This document shows positions 22,727 through 35,979 of a stretch of DNA of 64,000 bases, one piece after another. The notes beneath the pieces were generated by a model, which was given only the letters and a program-made list of their open reading frames with translations, had not been told where the DNA came from and did not search any database. The position numbers and the translations under genes are program-made. Origin of the DNA: Eledone cirrhosa (Eukaryota); contig OZ024746.1 of the NCBI GenBank assembly GCA_964016885.1, positions 68,882,001 through 68,946,000 of the forward strand, in the 5' to 3' direction. Numbering within the stretch: position 1 is the first letter of the stretch; the number at the start of each line of letters is the position of its first letter.

Positions 22727-23416
22727 TATATATATCAAAATTATGCATATAAACTAATCGAGGAGGAGAGATAAGAGATTAGTCATGAGAATTATATGCC
22801 AGTAATGAAGGGGACAATGTGCTCAATGCGTATTAGATGCAAGACAAGCAAACAATGTAAGTAAGCAAGAGAAATAATGTCAAGCAAAAAATTGTATAAG
22901 CAGAGCATTGATATAGAAATTAAATGTTAGAGAAAACAATACCAAATTCTTGAACAAATATATTTAATGGCTTTCAATTGTTTTGGAAATCATATAAAAT
23001 ATTCTGCACATACAGATGGAAGTAAAACAAGAATACCTCTATTCTTATCTTACATCCAGCATTAATATGTGGACGGATATGCTTCAGGTTTTACATTTAT
23101 TGTAGTCCCTATTTTCAGTGACATGTATTTTTGGTTTTTTATGTTTATTTTTTACTATACTTTAAGAACACTTCCAACACTACAATGGAAAATTGCATCA
23201 ATAAAGAATGGAAACCAGCAACTCCTCAGGAATTTAATTAGCTATTGCTCAATGGTGCCTACCATTTTCATTATTAAATTTCATTTAATAAATTTAATAT
23301 CTAATATCTAATAATTTTGTAGAAATGTTTATAATTATCTTAATTTTAATCTTTTTTTGTTTGTTTTGCAAGATTTTTGAAGTTAAATCATGTGTTGAAA
23401 CAGATAGTATTATACT

Positions 23417-23648
23417 TTAACCCTTTAGCATTTACATTACTCTATATATATTATTGTATTTTCACGGTAAAGGCTTTACCTCACATAATTATCTCACATA
23501 ATATCGAATCTATGAGATTTTGATATTATTTATTTTGAGAACAATACCATAACATCACGATGAGAAGCCAGTAGTTATGGCCAGTTTGAACAGAAAGAGG
23601 TAAGAGAATTCTGGCTGGATATGGCCAGTTTAAATGCTAAAGGGTTAA
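23417..23648. mobile_element. piggyBac-like MITE (TTAA TSD, CCCTTTAGCATTTA TIR)
   Basis: ttaa-ccctttagcattta...taaatgctaaaggg-ttaa. Confidence 0.8.
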
Positions 23649-23876
23649 GAGGCTCATGCTGCCTATAAACCCCCACACACCAGTTGAGTTTCACTTCAGT
23701 TTATTATTAGTTAATAAGTAATCCATTCACCGGTTAGTTTAATAATTGGTTGGTTGTTTGATTGTTAATTGCTATGTTAATGTGTGTGTTCTTATTGGCA
23801 GCATGACCCTCCCAAAATATAACAATTAACTTTAATTCTTCTCTATTTATATGAAACTTAGAAATATTTTGGCTAT

Positions 23877-24105
23877 TTAACCCTTTAACATATAAACCGA
23901 CCATATCCAGCCAGAATTCTCACACCCCTTTCAGTTCAAACCGGCTGTAACTAGCCACTCATACTGATGTTAAGGTATTATTCTCAAAATAAATAATATC
24001 ACAATCTCATAGATTTGATATTATGTGAGATAATTATGTGAAGTAAAGCCTTTACTGTGAAAATACAATAGTAAATATAGAGTAATGTAAATGCTAAAGG
24101 ATTAA
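23877..24105. mobile_element. piggyBac-like MITE, same family, opposite orientation to 23417
   Basis: ttaa-ccctttaacatataaacc...taaatgctaaagga-ttaa. Confidence 0.8.
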
Positions 24106-24391
24106 GACATATACATTATTATATTAATTTATTACTATTTAACATTTAAATTGTGTATGTGTGTGTGTGTGCATATACATACATATGCACATGTGTATGT
24201 ATATGTGAGTATATGTATAACTTTTTCAAATGTATATTTTGAATAGAAATATCTTGTGTGGTATTTGTTCTCCCTTGGGTTACCCAGACACTCCCTAATC
24301 ACTCTCACTGCCAGAGATGTAATAAACCAGTGATTCAATTGTTAGAAACTTGTATAAAATAATGTTGCTATTCACCAAATGTGATATAAAA

Positions 24392-24620
24392 TTAACCCTT
24401 TAGCATTTAAACCGGCCGTATCTGTCCAGAAGTCTCTCACCTCTTTCTGTTCAAACCAGACATAACTGGCTGCTCATACGGATGTTAAGGTATTGTTCTC
24501 AAAATAAATAATATCAAAATCTCATAGATTCGATATTATGTGAGATAATTATGTACGGTAAAGCTTTTACCATGAAAATATAATAGTATATAGAGAGTAA
24601 TGAAAATGTTAAAGGGTTAA
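24392..24620. mobile_element. piggyBac-like MITE, same family
   Basis: ttaa-ccctttagcatttaaacc...gttaaaggg-ttaa. Confidence 0.8.
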
Positions 24621-25251
24621 AATAGAGATTTCATACAGTAAAGAAATAAGTCTTTTATCATACATGATGAAACTGGTTACTGATATTCTTGTTCTACTGT
24701 ATTTCAGAATATATAAGTAAATTTAATAGTACATGTATTTTAAATAACTAAAGTGACTCTATCAAAATACAGCACTATCTCAATCTCACTCAACATATGA
24801 TGTCAGATTTATTCTCATGTCAAACATGTGCAAGAAAAGCCTATAACAAAATTAGTCTCTGAATATTTAATAAATTAACTAATAATTTTAACACATTAGC
24901 TAAAAAAAACTAAAAATTAGAGTAAGGAAATCAAATTAAATATGAATGTTTGTTTTTTTATTTAAAATGTTTCCAGTATATTTGTTTTTTTATTCTTTTG
25001 CTTTTCTTTTTAAATTTTTTGATATTATTAATAAAGTTTAAAACATTATTTAACACATATTTTCAGAAATTTCATAATTGTTCGGGAATATTGGATTTTC
25101 AGTAGTAGTTGTAGCCATGGCTCACACCTGCATAGGTTTAGCTGGACTCCCATTACTTTGTATCTCATAAGAGGTTTTGGGTGTTTTAATGATAGGGTCT
25201 CAGTCTTATCATAATATTAAATTTACTTTAATTATTTTTATAAACAACCTT

Positions 25252-25600
25252 GGAGGCACATGGCTTAGTGGTTAGAGCATTGGCCTTGCAATCGAAAGGT
25301 TGTGAGTTTAATTCTCAGACCGGGTGATGTGTTGTTTCATTGAGCAAGACACTTTATTTCACATTGCTCCAGTTTACTCAGCTGTAGAAATGAGATGATA
25401 GGGACTGGGTCCCTATCATTCCACTGCAAAGTGGTCGTGGAGGTGCCACGGCAAAAAAGCACCCAGCACTCACTGTAAATAAGGTTGGTGTTAGGAAGGG
25501 CATCTAGCTGTAGAAATCAAGCCAGAATCAGTTCCTGTCCCACCCTTGCAAGCAGGGAAAAAAAAGCGGACGTAAAATGAAATGATGATGATGATGATGA
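25252..25600 (+). mobile_element. tRNA-derived CORE-type SINE with RTE-like tail
   Basis: Near-identical to the 12034 copy; possible TSD aacctt. Confidence 0.88.
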
Positions 25601-26191
25601 ACCTTACCTTTGTTAGGTTTCCAACAGAATTTTCAATTTGCCAGAATTCTTGTTGATTATGTGTTCATTTTGGTTATTGTCCTTCTATTAACATCTCTTT
25701 GATCTTGTCACCTGTGATACCTGTCCTTATTCCTTCCCTATCTTTTACTATTAATTTCTGGGTGGGTGGGTTCTCACCACTGGGTGGGTGGGTTCTCACC
25801 CTTAGGTCAGTAGGTTCTCACCCTCACAATTTTCAATCTATTCATTCAGCAAAATTAACACAAACATTTCATTTCTCTACTTGATAAAGGGTTTTGCTTG
25901 GCTTCCTTCTTTTTTTTTTATCACTTAGTCATAAGCCTTCTTTTTGTTTAGAACTGCCAAGACTGCTAAGACGGAAAATGGTATCCTCAAACCAGAGACT
26001 TGTCACAGAGTGGAGTCCACTAAAGTCACCTAAGGTCCAGGTATTGGTGTTAAACCAGGTGACAGAATAAGTCTACTAACCAACTGGGATTTGAACTCAG
26101 AATGTGAAGATCCTGAACAAATGCTGCAAGGCATCACACCAACATTGTAACAATTATGCAAATTCACTTCCTTAAACTGGCAGATTATTTT

Positions 26192-26380
26192 GGTGGATTG
26201 GCAGTATCAGTAGAGGGTCGGACGCCATGCTTTGACGCATAGAGTTACGGCCCTTGCCATTCTGAGTTCAAATCCCGCCGAGGTTAACTTTGCCTTTCAC
26301 CCTTACGGGGTCGATAAAATAAAGTACCAGTAATGCACTGGGTAATTGCTGGCCTTGTGCCAAAAAGTAGAAACAATTAT
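26192..26380 (+). mobile_element. SINE family B (Meta-like)
   Basis: Similar to 11594-11782. Confidence 0.85.
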
Positions 26381-27208
26381 TTATTGACCTCAGAAGGATG
26401 AAAGGCAATGTTGAATTTGGTGAAATTTTAACTCAGAATTCAAGGAGACAGAATAAATAGGGCAAGGTATCTTATCCAAAACTGTACTAATTTCCAGCCC
26501 AGCCCAATCCATCCCCCATCCACCCCACAAAAATTGGTATTTTAGTAATCAACCCTGGAAGGCTGAAAGGTAGAGTTGACCTCAGCAAGATTTGAACTCA
26601 GAACACAAGGAAACAGGGTAAACACTGCAGAACATATCATCTGAAGCTCTGATGATTTTACCAAACTGCCTCACACCCTAAAATTATTCAAGTAAGTTTC
26701 TTTTGAAACAGTGAGCGAAGTTTGAAATTTAGTAGAAATGGAAGTTTTCGCCATATTTTTTACTAAAGAAATTTTTCAGCCTGATAGTGGGGTTTAAAAC
26801 CCTCTAAAAAAATGGAAAAGAATGAGTATTGATGTATGTCAAAAATACGACAAAAGCTTCTATTTTTACTAAATTTCTAAAATTATTCATTCCACTCTGC
26901 AAACGTTTCAATAGAATTATTGGGAGTAACACATTTATGACTGCTTTGTTCTTGGAATCTCAAGACATTTTCTCAAAGTTAAATGATAATAAATTTAGCT
27001 ATAAGCTAAGTAATACATATGAAGTTAAAACAATAAGTTACCAGAATGATTTCTAGATAAATATCAATGAATTCTGAAACACTGTAAATGTCATATTTTA
27101 TAATACATATATATATTATATGATTAGAAGCCATGTCAGTGGGCGTTAAACAGTAATGATGATATATATATACACATACATTCACACACACACAGACACA
27201 CATATATA

Positions 27209-27556
27209 TCATCATCATCATCATCATCAACGTTTAACGTCCGTGTTCCACGCTTGCATGGGTTTGGACGGGGGTAGTCCCACTTGAGGCAAGAGTGATT
27301 GTCTTGCTCGCATAGGACTGTCTGGCAGGTTTTCTACAGTTGGATGCCCTTCCTAACACCAACCACATTTACAGTGTGGGTCTGGGAGGTTTTTACCGTG
27401 TTGCCTACACGGCCACATTACAGCGTGGACTGTGTGTTTTTTTGTCGTGACACCTACACGATCTCATTTGTTTCGGCCTCGATGGCGCGGCACCAACATA
27501 ACTTTACATAGAACGGGGTGGTGTGGATGGGGTGGGGGTGGGGGTGGTGGGACGGG

Positions 27557-27560
<4 letters not shown>
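27209..27560 (-). mobile_element. RTE LINE copy consisting of 3' UTR only, in (TA)n
   Basis: Reverse complement of about 1805-2146. Confidence 0.88.
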
Positions 27561-27602
<42 letters not shown>

Positions 27603-27726
27603 CCCATGCTAGCATGGAAAATGAACATTGAACAATGATGATGACCATCATCATATATATTAAATATGTATATATACATATATATCATATATATCATATA
27701 TATATGTATATATACATATATATATG

Positions 27727-27790
<64 letters not shown>

Positions 27791-27843
27791 TATATATATC
27801 ATCATCATCATTGTTTAACGTCTATCGTCCATGATAGCATGGG

Positions 27844-27891
<48 letters not shown>

Positions 27892-27895
<4 letters not shown>

Positions 27896-29718
27896 TCATC
27901 ATCATCATCATCAACGTTTAACGTCCGTGTTCCACGCTTGCATGGGTTTGGACGGGGGTATTCCCACTTGAGGCAAGAGTGGTTGTCATTGCTCGCATAG
28001 GGACTGTCTGGCAGGTTTTCTACAGTTAGATGCCCTTCCTAACACCAACCACATTTACAGTGTGGGTCTGGGAGGTTTTTACCGTGTTGCCTACACGGCC
28101 ACATTACAGCGTGGACTGTGTTTTTTTGTCGTGACACCTACACGATCTCATTTGTTTCGGCCTGGATGGTGTGGCACCAACATAACTTTACATAGAACGG
28201 GGTGGTGTGGATGGGGTGGGGGTGGTGGGACGGGGGGGTATTTTGTTAGAGATGCCTACTAACTGTAGTAGGTTTTACTTTGTATTTAGGTAAGGCGGGT
28301 CTTCTCTATTACTGAGTACCGCCAAAGGTCTCGGTCCAGTGACATTGTCTTGGTGAGGTGTAAGTGTGTGAGGTCGGAGTTTATCAGCTCGTCCCAGGTT
28401 TTTCTGGGTCTGCCTATTCCGTGGCTACCGTCTATCTTTATTGCCCTGCACTTTGTTATACAGCTATCGTACTTCATGCGCATCACGTGACCATACCAAC
28501 GTAGCCTTCTCTCTAGTAAACAACATCTGATCCCTCTTATTTCTAATTTTTTCCTTAGTTCGTTTATGCTTTGTCGTTCACGTATATTACTATTACACAT
28601 CCAGCGGAGCATGCAAGCTTCGTTTCTCTCTAGTCTGCGTATATCCTCTGCACACAATGCCCAGGTCTCACTGCCATGCAACATTGCTGTTCGTATGCAG
28701 GCATCGTACAGCCTGCCTTTCATTTTTAGGGAGAACCCTTTAGCGGCTAATAGTGGTATAAGCTCTCTGAACTTTTTCCACCCAGTTCTGACTCTAGCTA
28801 CTGTACTTTCAGAGCACCCTCCCCCACTGCTGATTTTGTCACCCAGGTAATGGAAGCTGTCCACTATTTCTATAGAACCCTCTTCGCAGTTGAAAGAGCT
28901 AGTATTTTGCGGGCACTTGCTGCTACTTATTTCCCCAGAACACCGGCCACATGTAAAATCTATGTTCTTAGTTAGCTTACCTGTGATCCCACTACATCTT
29001 TTATGCACCCAAACTTTGCATTTGGGACACAAAATGGAATTTCTACCTACGCCTTTCCCACACTCTGTGCATGGCCACTTCCCGGAGGGGACCGCCGCCT
29101 TATTTTCTTTCTTACAAACTAGAACTTTAGTCTTAGCCAGGTTAATTTTAAGGCCTTTTGATTCTAGGCCGTGCTTCCATGTTTGGAATTTCTTCTCTAG
29201 CTCGGACATTGATTCAGCTATGAGCGTTAGATCATCTGCGTATAGGAGTTCCCATGGGCAGCCGGTCTTGAACTCCACTGTTATAGCCTGGAGGGCAATA
29301 ATAAATAGTAGGGGGCTAAGAACAGAGCCCTGATGAACACCAACTTTTACACTAAACTCTTCACTATATTCGTTGTTAATTCTAACCTTGCTGTCTGTTT
29401 CTTTATACATGGCTTGTATAGCTCTCACAAGCCATTCATCAACACCTAGTTTTCTAAGAGCCCACCAGATAATGGAACGGGGGACTCTGTCGAAGGCCTT
29501 CTCCAAGTCGACGAAAGCTAAGTATAGGGGTTTACTTTTAGCTAGGTACTTCTCCTGTAGTTGTCGTACAATGAAAAGAGCGTCTGTGGTACTTTTTCCT
29601 GACACAAACCCGAACTGCATTTCATCTAGATCAATTCGCTCTCTGATTAGTTGCGCTATAACTTTTTCCGTGACCTTCATGACCTGGTCGATTAATTTAA
29701 TGCCTCTATAGTTACTCC
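27892..29718 (-). mobile_element. RTE LINE, 5'-truncated, with an uninterrupted RT-PHD-C-terminal frame
   Basis: ORF 28286-29718 is highly similar to 133-1751 but lacks the triplication; (TA)n on both sides. Confidence 0.93.
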
Positions 29719-29722
29719 TATA

Positions 29723-29754
<32 letters not shown>

Positions 29755-29778
29755 CATATATATATATACATATATATA

Positions 29779-30465
29779 TGTGAACGGCAAAGCATAAACG
29801 AACTAAGGAAAAAATTAGAAATAAGAGGGATCAGATGTTGTTTACTCGAGAGAAGGCTACGTTGGTATGGTCACATGATGCGCATGAAAGACGACAGCTG
29901 TATAACAAAGTGCAGGGCAATAAAGATAGACGGTAGCCACGGTGTAGGCAGACCCAGAAAAACCTGGGACAAGCTGATAAATTCCGACCTCACACACTTA
30001 CACCTCTCCAAGACAATGTCACTGGACCGAGACCTTTGGCGGTACTCAGTAATAGAGAAGACCCGCCTTACCTAAATACAAAGTAAAACCTACTACAGTC
30101 AGTAGGCATCTCTAACAAAATACACACCCGTCCCACCATCCCCACCCCATCCACACCGCCCCTTTCAATGTAAAGTTATGTTGGTGCCACAACATCCAGG
30201 CCGAAACAAATGAGATCGTGTAGGTGTCACGACAAAAAAACACACAGTCCACGCTGTAATGTGGCCGTGTAGGCAACACAGTAAAAACCTCCCAGCCCCA
30301 CACTGTAAATGTGGTTGGTGTTAGGAAGGGCATCCAACTGTAGAAAACCTGCCAGACAGTCCTATGCGAGCAATGAGAACCACTCTTGCCTCAAGTGGGA
30401 AAACTCCCGTCCAAACCCATGCAAGCGTGGAACATGGACGTTAAACGATGATGATGATGATGATA
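29779..30465 (+). mobile_element. RTE LINE 3' fragment, divergently oriented from the previous copy across a (TA)n tract
   Basis: Similar to 1455-2146. Confidence 0.9.
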
Positions 30466-30519
30466 TCCCATGCTAGCGTGGAAGATAAACGTTAAACAAT
30501 GATGATGATGATATATATA

Positions 30520-30601
<82 letters not shown>

Positions 30602-30865
30602 AGTGGAAAAAGTGAAACGAAATTTCATTTCCCACTCTTAGTACGGCTGTTACATAAATATAAGTATGTATACGTACATACATATATGTATACAGACGTG
30701 CAGTAGTATGTATATATATATATACATGCACACATATATATATGTATGTATGGATTCACCAAACATTTATTATAATGCTCGGTGTGTTTGTAAACAAACA
30801 TCTCGTATTAAGCCGTACAGTGTCTAGCAACCATCGTTGCTCGTTTGTTCAACACTGACAAAGGA

Positions 30866-30908
30866 ACGCTGTACTAGTTTCAAGCTTATTAGCTATCGTC
30901 AGCAACGT
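30866..30908 (-). ncRNA. Type I hammerhead motif (mirror copy)
   Basis: Reverse complement of 31175-31217. Confidence 0.65.
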
Positions 30909-31174
30909 ATACCTTCCTGCCAAATGATTGAACGTCTGAAAGTATATACTTTCCTTATGCATATTAATGGCTGAGCAGCCTAATTTGCATATCGAGTGAG
31001 TTAATCGGCCGGGGTACCGAAAACGATAAGCGGAAAAAATGAAACGTAATATCATTTCTCACTCTTAGTATGGCTGTTACTTAAATATAAGTATGTATAC
31101 GTACATACATATATGTATACAGACATACAGTAGTATGTATATATATATACGTTGGTATACCGTATGGAAGGTAT

Positions 31175-31217
31175 ACGTTGCTGACGATAGCTAATAAGCT
31201 TGAAACTAGTACAGCGT
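31175..31217 (+). ncRNA. Type I hammerhead motif with minimal palindromic helix III
   Basis: acgttg-CTGACGA-tagct aata agctt-GAAA-ctag-TA-cagcgt; GUA site. The 10.1-11.1 position is a U-U mismatch. Confidence 0.68.
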
Positions 31218-31422
31218 TCCTTTGTCAGTGTTGAACAAACGAGCAACGATGGTTGCTAGACACTACGGCTTAATACGAGATGTTTGTTTACAAACACACC
31301 GAGCATTATAATAAATGATTGGTGAATCCATACATACATATATATATGTGTGCATGTATATATATATATATATACATACTACTGTGCGTCTGTATACATA
31401 TAAGTATGTACGTGTACATACT

Positions 31423-31453
<31 letters not shown>

Positions 31454-31544
31454 AATACTAATATATACACACACACAAATATGTATATATTGTGGGTGGG
31501 GCTGGTCAAGGAAAAAGGTAGGTGACTGTCTACTTTAGCAACAC

Positions 31545-32111
31545 CCGTCACCACCACCACCACCACCACCATCACCGCCACCACTGCCACCACCACCACT
31601 GCTGTCGCCACCACCACCATCACCGCCACCACCACCACAACCACTGTCACCGCTGCCACCGCTACCACCACCACTGTCACCACCGTCACCACCACCACCT
31701 CTGTCACCACCGCCACCCACCACTGTCACCACCATCACCGCCGCCACCACCGTCACCTCCACCATCACTGCCGCCACCACCGTCACCACCACCACTGTCA
31801 CCACCGCCACCACCACTGTCACCACCATTACCACCAATACCACCGCCACCACCACCACCACCACCACCACCGTCACCACTGCCAACACCACTGTCACCAC
31901 CACCGCCACCACCACTGTCACCACCATTACCACCAACACCACCACCACCATTTGATGCTAATTATAATTTGTTCAGACTTGTTGTTGCTGTTGTTGTTGT
32001 TGTTGTAGTCTATTCATCCCTAATTAATCAAACCAATGGTCAAGTGTGTTCCACCTGTGACCGTTCATTTGTTGTTTGTATATCTAGGACTACATGATGA
32101 TGATGATGATG

Positions 32112-32146
<35 letters not shown>

Positions 32147-32536
32147 TATCATCATCATCATCACCACCACCACCACCACCACCACCACCACCACCACCAC
32201 CACCATCATCATCATCACCACCACCACCACCACCATCATCATCACCACCACCACCACCACCACCATCATCATCACCACCACCACCACCACCACCACCACC
32301 ACCACCACCACCGCCGCCGCCACCACCACCATCATCACCACCACCACCACCACCACCACCACCACCACCACCACCACCACCACCACCATCATCACCACCA
32401 CCACCACCACCATCATCATCACCACCACCACCACCACCACCAACACCACCACCACCACCACCACCACCATCATCATCACCACCACCACCACCACCATCAT
32501 CATCACCACCACCACCACCACCATCATCATCACCAT
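31545..32536. repeat. (CCA)n/(CAT)n trinucleotide arrays
   Basis: Direct reading of 31545-31950 and 32094-32536. Confidence 0.95.
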
Positions 32537-32909
32537 GAGGATGAAAGGCAAAACTGAGTCAGAACGTAAAGGGTCATAACTCTATGCTACAAAGCATGGT
32601 TTCTCACCTAATCAGTATTCCATTCCCACTCAGTAGAATGCAGGAACATACGTAAGTGAAATATAAGACCCCAATCTCCCCCGCCCCCTCCCAGCCATTC
32701 TGAACACTTGGTAAAGTACAAGAACATATGTAAGGGAACTATATGACACGCCCCCCCCCCCCCATCTTCCCCGCCCCCTCCCAGCCATTGGCAGGTGTGA
32801 AAAGTCAGTAACTCTGTTGGAGTATTGACTCCGACTGACTGTAACACAACCTAGTAAGACTAACAGATGTTAGAGGAGGAGGAGGGGGAGGAGGAGGATG
32901 GTATTGAAG

Positions 32910-32943
<34 letters not shown>

Positions 32944-32946
32944 CGG

Positions 32947-33011
<65 letters not shown>

Positions 33012-33033
33012 TTGATGTTGATGATGAGGATTA

Positions 33034-33077
<44 letters not shown>

Positions 33078-33122
33078 GATGATGATGTTGATGATGATGA
33101 TGATGATGATGAGAACGATGAT
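32910..33122. repeat. (GAT)n array
   Basis: Direct reading of the sequence. Confidence 0.95.
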
Positions 33123-34247
33123 AAAGTAATCATCAGGCTATTGTTGTTGTTATTTAACCCCCAAGTCAATCAAACTATCAATCAAAAGTATTCAAACTGT
33201 AACCATTTGGTCATTCTTAGAGTTTCTAGAGTTCTATGATTAAATATGTTCTTTCCTTCCTTAACCTTTTCATTATCATATTTCTATTGAAATACTCAAC
33301 CAATGTGTTTCAATTAATTTTTTTTTTAACAATTAAAAATTTTTAGGAATTTAGTAAAATAACTAATTTTTTCATTAGTAAGTTTAGAACATCACATAAA
33401 GTTCTTACATAAAGTTCTTACATAAAGTTATGGTGGAGGGTTTTAGTGCAAGTATGAACTCTTTAGAATAGGCAGTGTTTTATCATAGAACAGAGAGCAG
33501 TTTCCACTGAAAGAATATGATCGCGAATACAAGCGAGCAAAATGGGATTCCTCCAAAGGGTCTTTGGATTAACACTACTTGATAAAGTGCTTTACTCGGA
33601 GATCAGAGTCATCCCAGGTCGAGGCACTACTTCTCCAAATTGAGAGATCACAGCTCCAATACTATGGGCATGTGGTTAGAATGTCTCAGGAAAGAATTGT
33701 ACAGGGAAAAACTAACCGGCAAGATACCCAGGGTAGACCCTGAGCAAGATGGTTGGATAACAGGCATGAGCTTGGCTTGTCTCACTTTGGGATCAATCCG
33801 GATCATTTGGAGACGGTTGCATCTGACAGGACCTCCTGGAAGGAGTGTTTGAGGACTCTGCCCCCACGACCCTCTCAGGAATAAGTGGGCGAAGAAGGAA
33901 GCAGTTTCAGGCAGGTTGGTAGCAAAAGGGTTAAGATGGCCAGGAATAGATATTTTTAGAAGGTTCAGTGGTTGTACAGAGGATTCCTCCCCTTATCTCA
34001 AGGACATAGCTGGAACAGGTTTAACACACTTTCATCATTGTCATCATCATCATCATCATCATCATCAGCCAATAATGTCTTCATCACCATAATAATAATA
34101 ATAATCATCATCATCACCATCATTATCAGCATTGTCTTTCTCATCATCATACTGTGATTATCATCATCATCATCATCATCATTATTATTACCATCATCAT
34201 TACTATTGTTGACATCCCTATCATCACCACCATTATTATCATCATTG

Positions 34248-34420
34248 GGAGCGGGTCGGACGCCATGCTTTACAGCAAAGAGTTACGGCCCTTTATGGTC
34301 TGAGTTCAAATCCCGCCGAGGTTAACTTTGCCTTTCATCCTTACGGCGGTCGATAAAATAAAATACCAGTAATGCACTGGGGTAATTGCTGGCCTTGGGC
34401 CAAAAGTAGAAACAATTATT
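34248..34420 (+). mobile_element. SINE family B, 5'-clipped
   Basis: Similar to the 11594 copy. Confidence 0.8.
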
Positions 34421-34814
34421 ATCATCATCACCATAGTAATCATTATCACCATAGTTAGTGTTGCTATCATCATTATCATCACCACCACCATTACAATCAT
34501 CACCATTGTTGTCATTGTTGCTTTGTCATCATTAATAATTAAAATATTTTATTTTCAATGCTGGTTCGGTATGTCAGCAAAACAGATTTGCATCTCTGGC
34601 TACATTTGGTAATTTTCTCCAAGAACTTTTCTTGTCATCTCAATGTTTCATTAAATAACATACGGGAAGAAATATACAAACAAGACTCTACTTGCTAAAC
34701 TTAACACTCTCACACAACAGTATATTTCAATTAAAAAAAAACTCTCATTATCAGAAAGTAGCTTTAAAATGATAAAGAAATGACAGGTTTCTTTCTAATT
34801 AATATAATAATAAT

Positions 34815-35950
34815 AATTGTTTCTACTTTTGGCACAATCCCAGCAATTATCTCAGTGTATTACTGGTACTTTATTTTATCGACCCCGTAAGGATGAAAGG
34901 CAAAGTCAACCTCGGCGGGATTTGAACTCAAATTGTAAAGGGACGTAAATATAATAATAATAATTGTTTCTACTTTTGGCACAATCCCAGCAATTATCTC
35001 AGTGTATTACTGGTACTTTATTTAATCGACCCCGTAAGGATGAAAGGGGCAAAGTTAACATTGGTGGGATTTGAACTCAGAATGGCAAGAGCTGTAACTC
35101 TATGCTTGGTGTCCAACCCTCTACCGATACTGCAATAATAATAATAATAAACTCATACCCAAGGTGCACAAGGCTGTGCTTGGTCAAGCAATAATGATGC
35201 ACAATAAAAAATAATAATGGAAATGATAATAATAATAATTGTTTCAACTTTTGGCCCAAGGCCAGCAATTAACCAGTACATTACCAGTACTTTATTTTAT
35301 CGACCCCATAAGGATGAAAGGCAAAATTAACCTCGGCAGGATTTGAACTCAGTTCGTAAAAGGACATAACTCTATGCTGCAAAGTATGGCGTCCGACCCT
35401 CTATCGATACTGCCAATCCAATAATAATAATGATAATAATAATAACAATAATGATTTTTAGTATAGGCACAAGGCCAGTAAATTTGGGGGGAGGGGTAAT
35501 TCGATTAAATCGACACCAGTACATTACTGGTGCTTTATTTTATCAACCCCGTAAGGATGAAAGGCAAAGTTAACCTCGGCGGGATTTGAACTCAGAATGG
35601 CAAGGGCCGTAACTTTATGCGTCAAAGCATGGCGTCCGACCCTCTAACGATACTGCCAATCCACCGTATAATGGTTTCTTATGTAGGCACAAGGCCAGTA
35701 ATTTGGGGGAGGGGAAAGTCGATTAAATCGACCCCAGTGAGTGACTGGTACTTTATTTTATCGACCCCATAATGATGAAAGACAAAGTTAACCTCAGCGG
35801 GATTTGAACTCAGAACGTAAAGGTTCATAACTCAATGTGGATCGGCATATTTTCTGATGCTCTACCGATACTGCCAATCCACAATAATAATTGTTTCTAC
35901 TTTAGGCACAAGGCCAGCAATTACCCAGTGCATTACTGGTACTTTATCCA
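34815..35950 (-). mobile_element. Head-to-tail cluster of six SINE-B copies separated mostly by (AAT)n
   Basis: Copies start near 34815, 34962, 35237, 35455, 35672 and 35889, all on the minus strand. Confidence 0.85.
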
Positions 35951-35979
35951 CAATAATAATAATAGTAATGATGATGTTA

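Larger units (their letters stand above)
30601..31428. mobile_element. Penelope-like non-autonomous element with direct and inverted repeats and two hammerheads
   Basis: Inverted arms about 30656-30917 and 31166-31428; direct repeat about 30601-30724 and 31029-31150; flanked by (TA)n. Confidence 0.72.

Noticed and set aside
32036-32579. Poly-His and poly-Thr ORFs
   Set aside because: (CAC/CAT)n microsatellite.
32639-32790. Duplicated GC-box segment (ccccgccccctcccagccatt twice) as a promoter
   Set aside because: Short local duplication with no other promoter or exon evidence.
34815-35950. CRISPR-like regularly spaced repeats
   Set aside because: Eukaryotic context; the units are 130-210-bp SINE copies, with no constant repeat/spacer structure and no cas genes.
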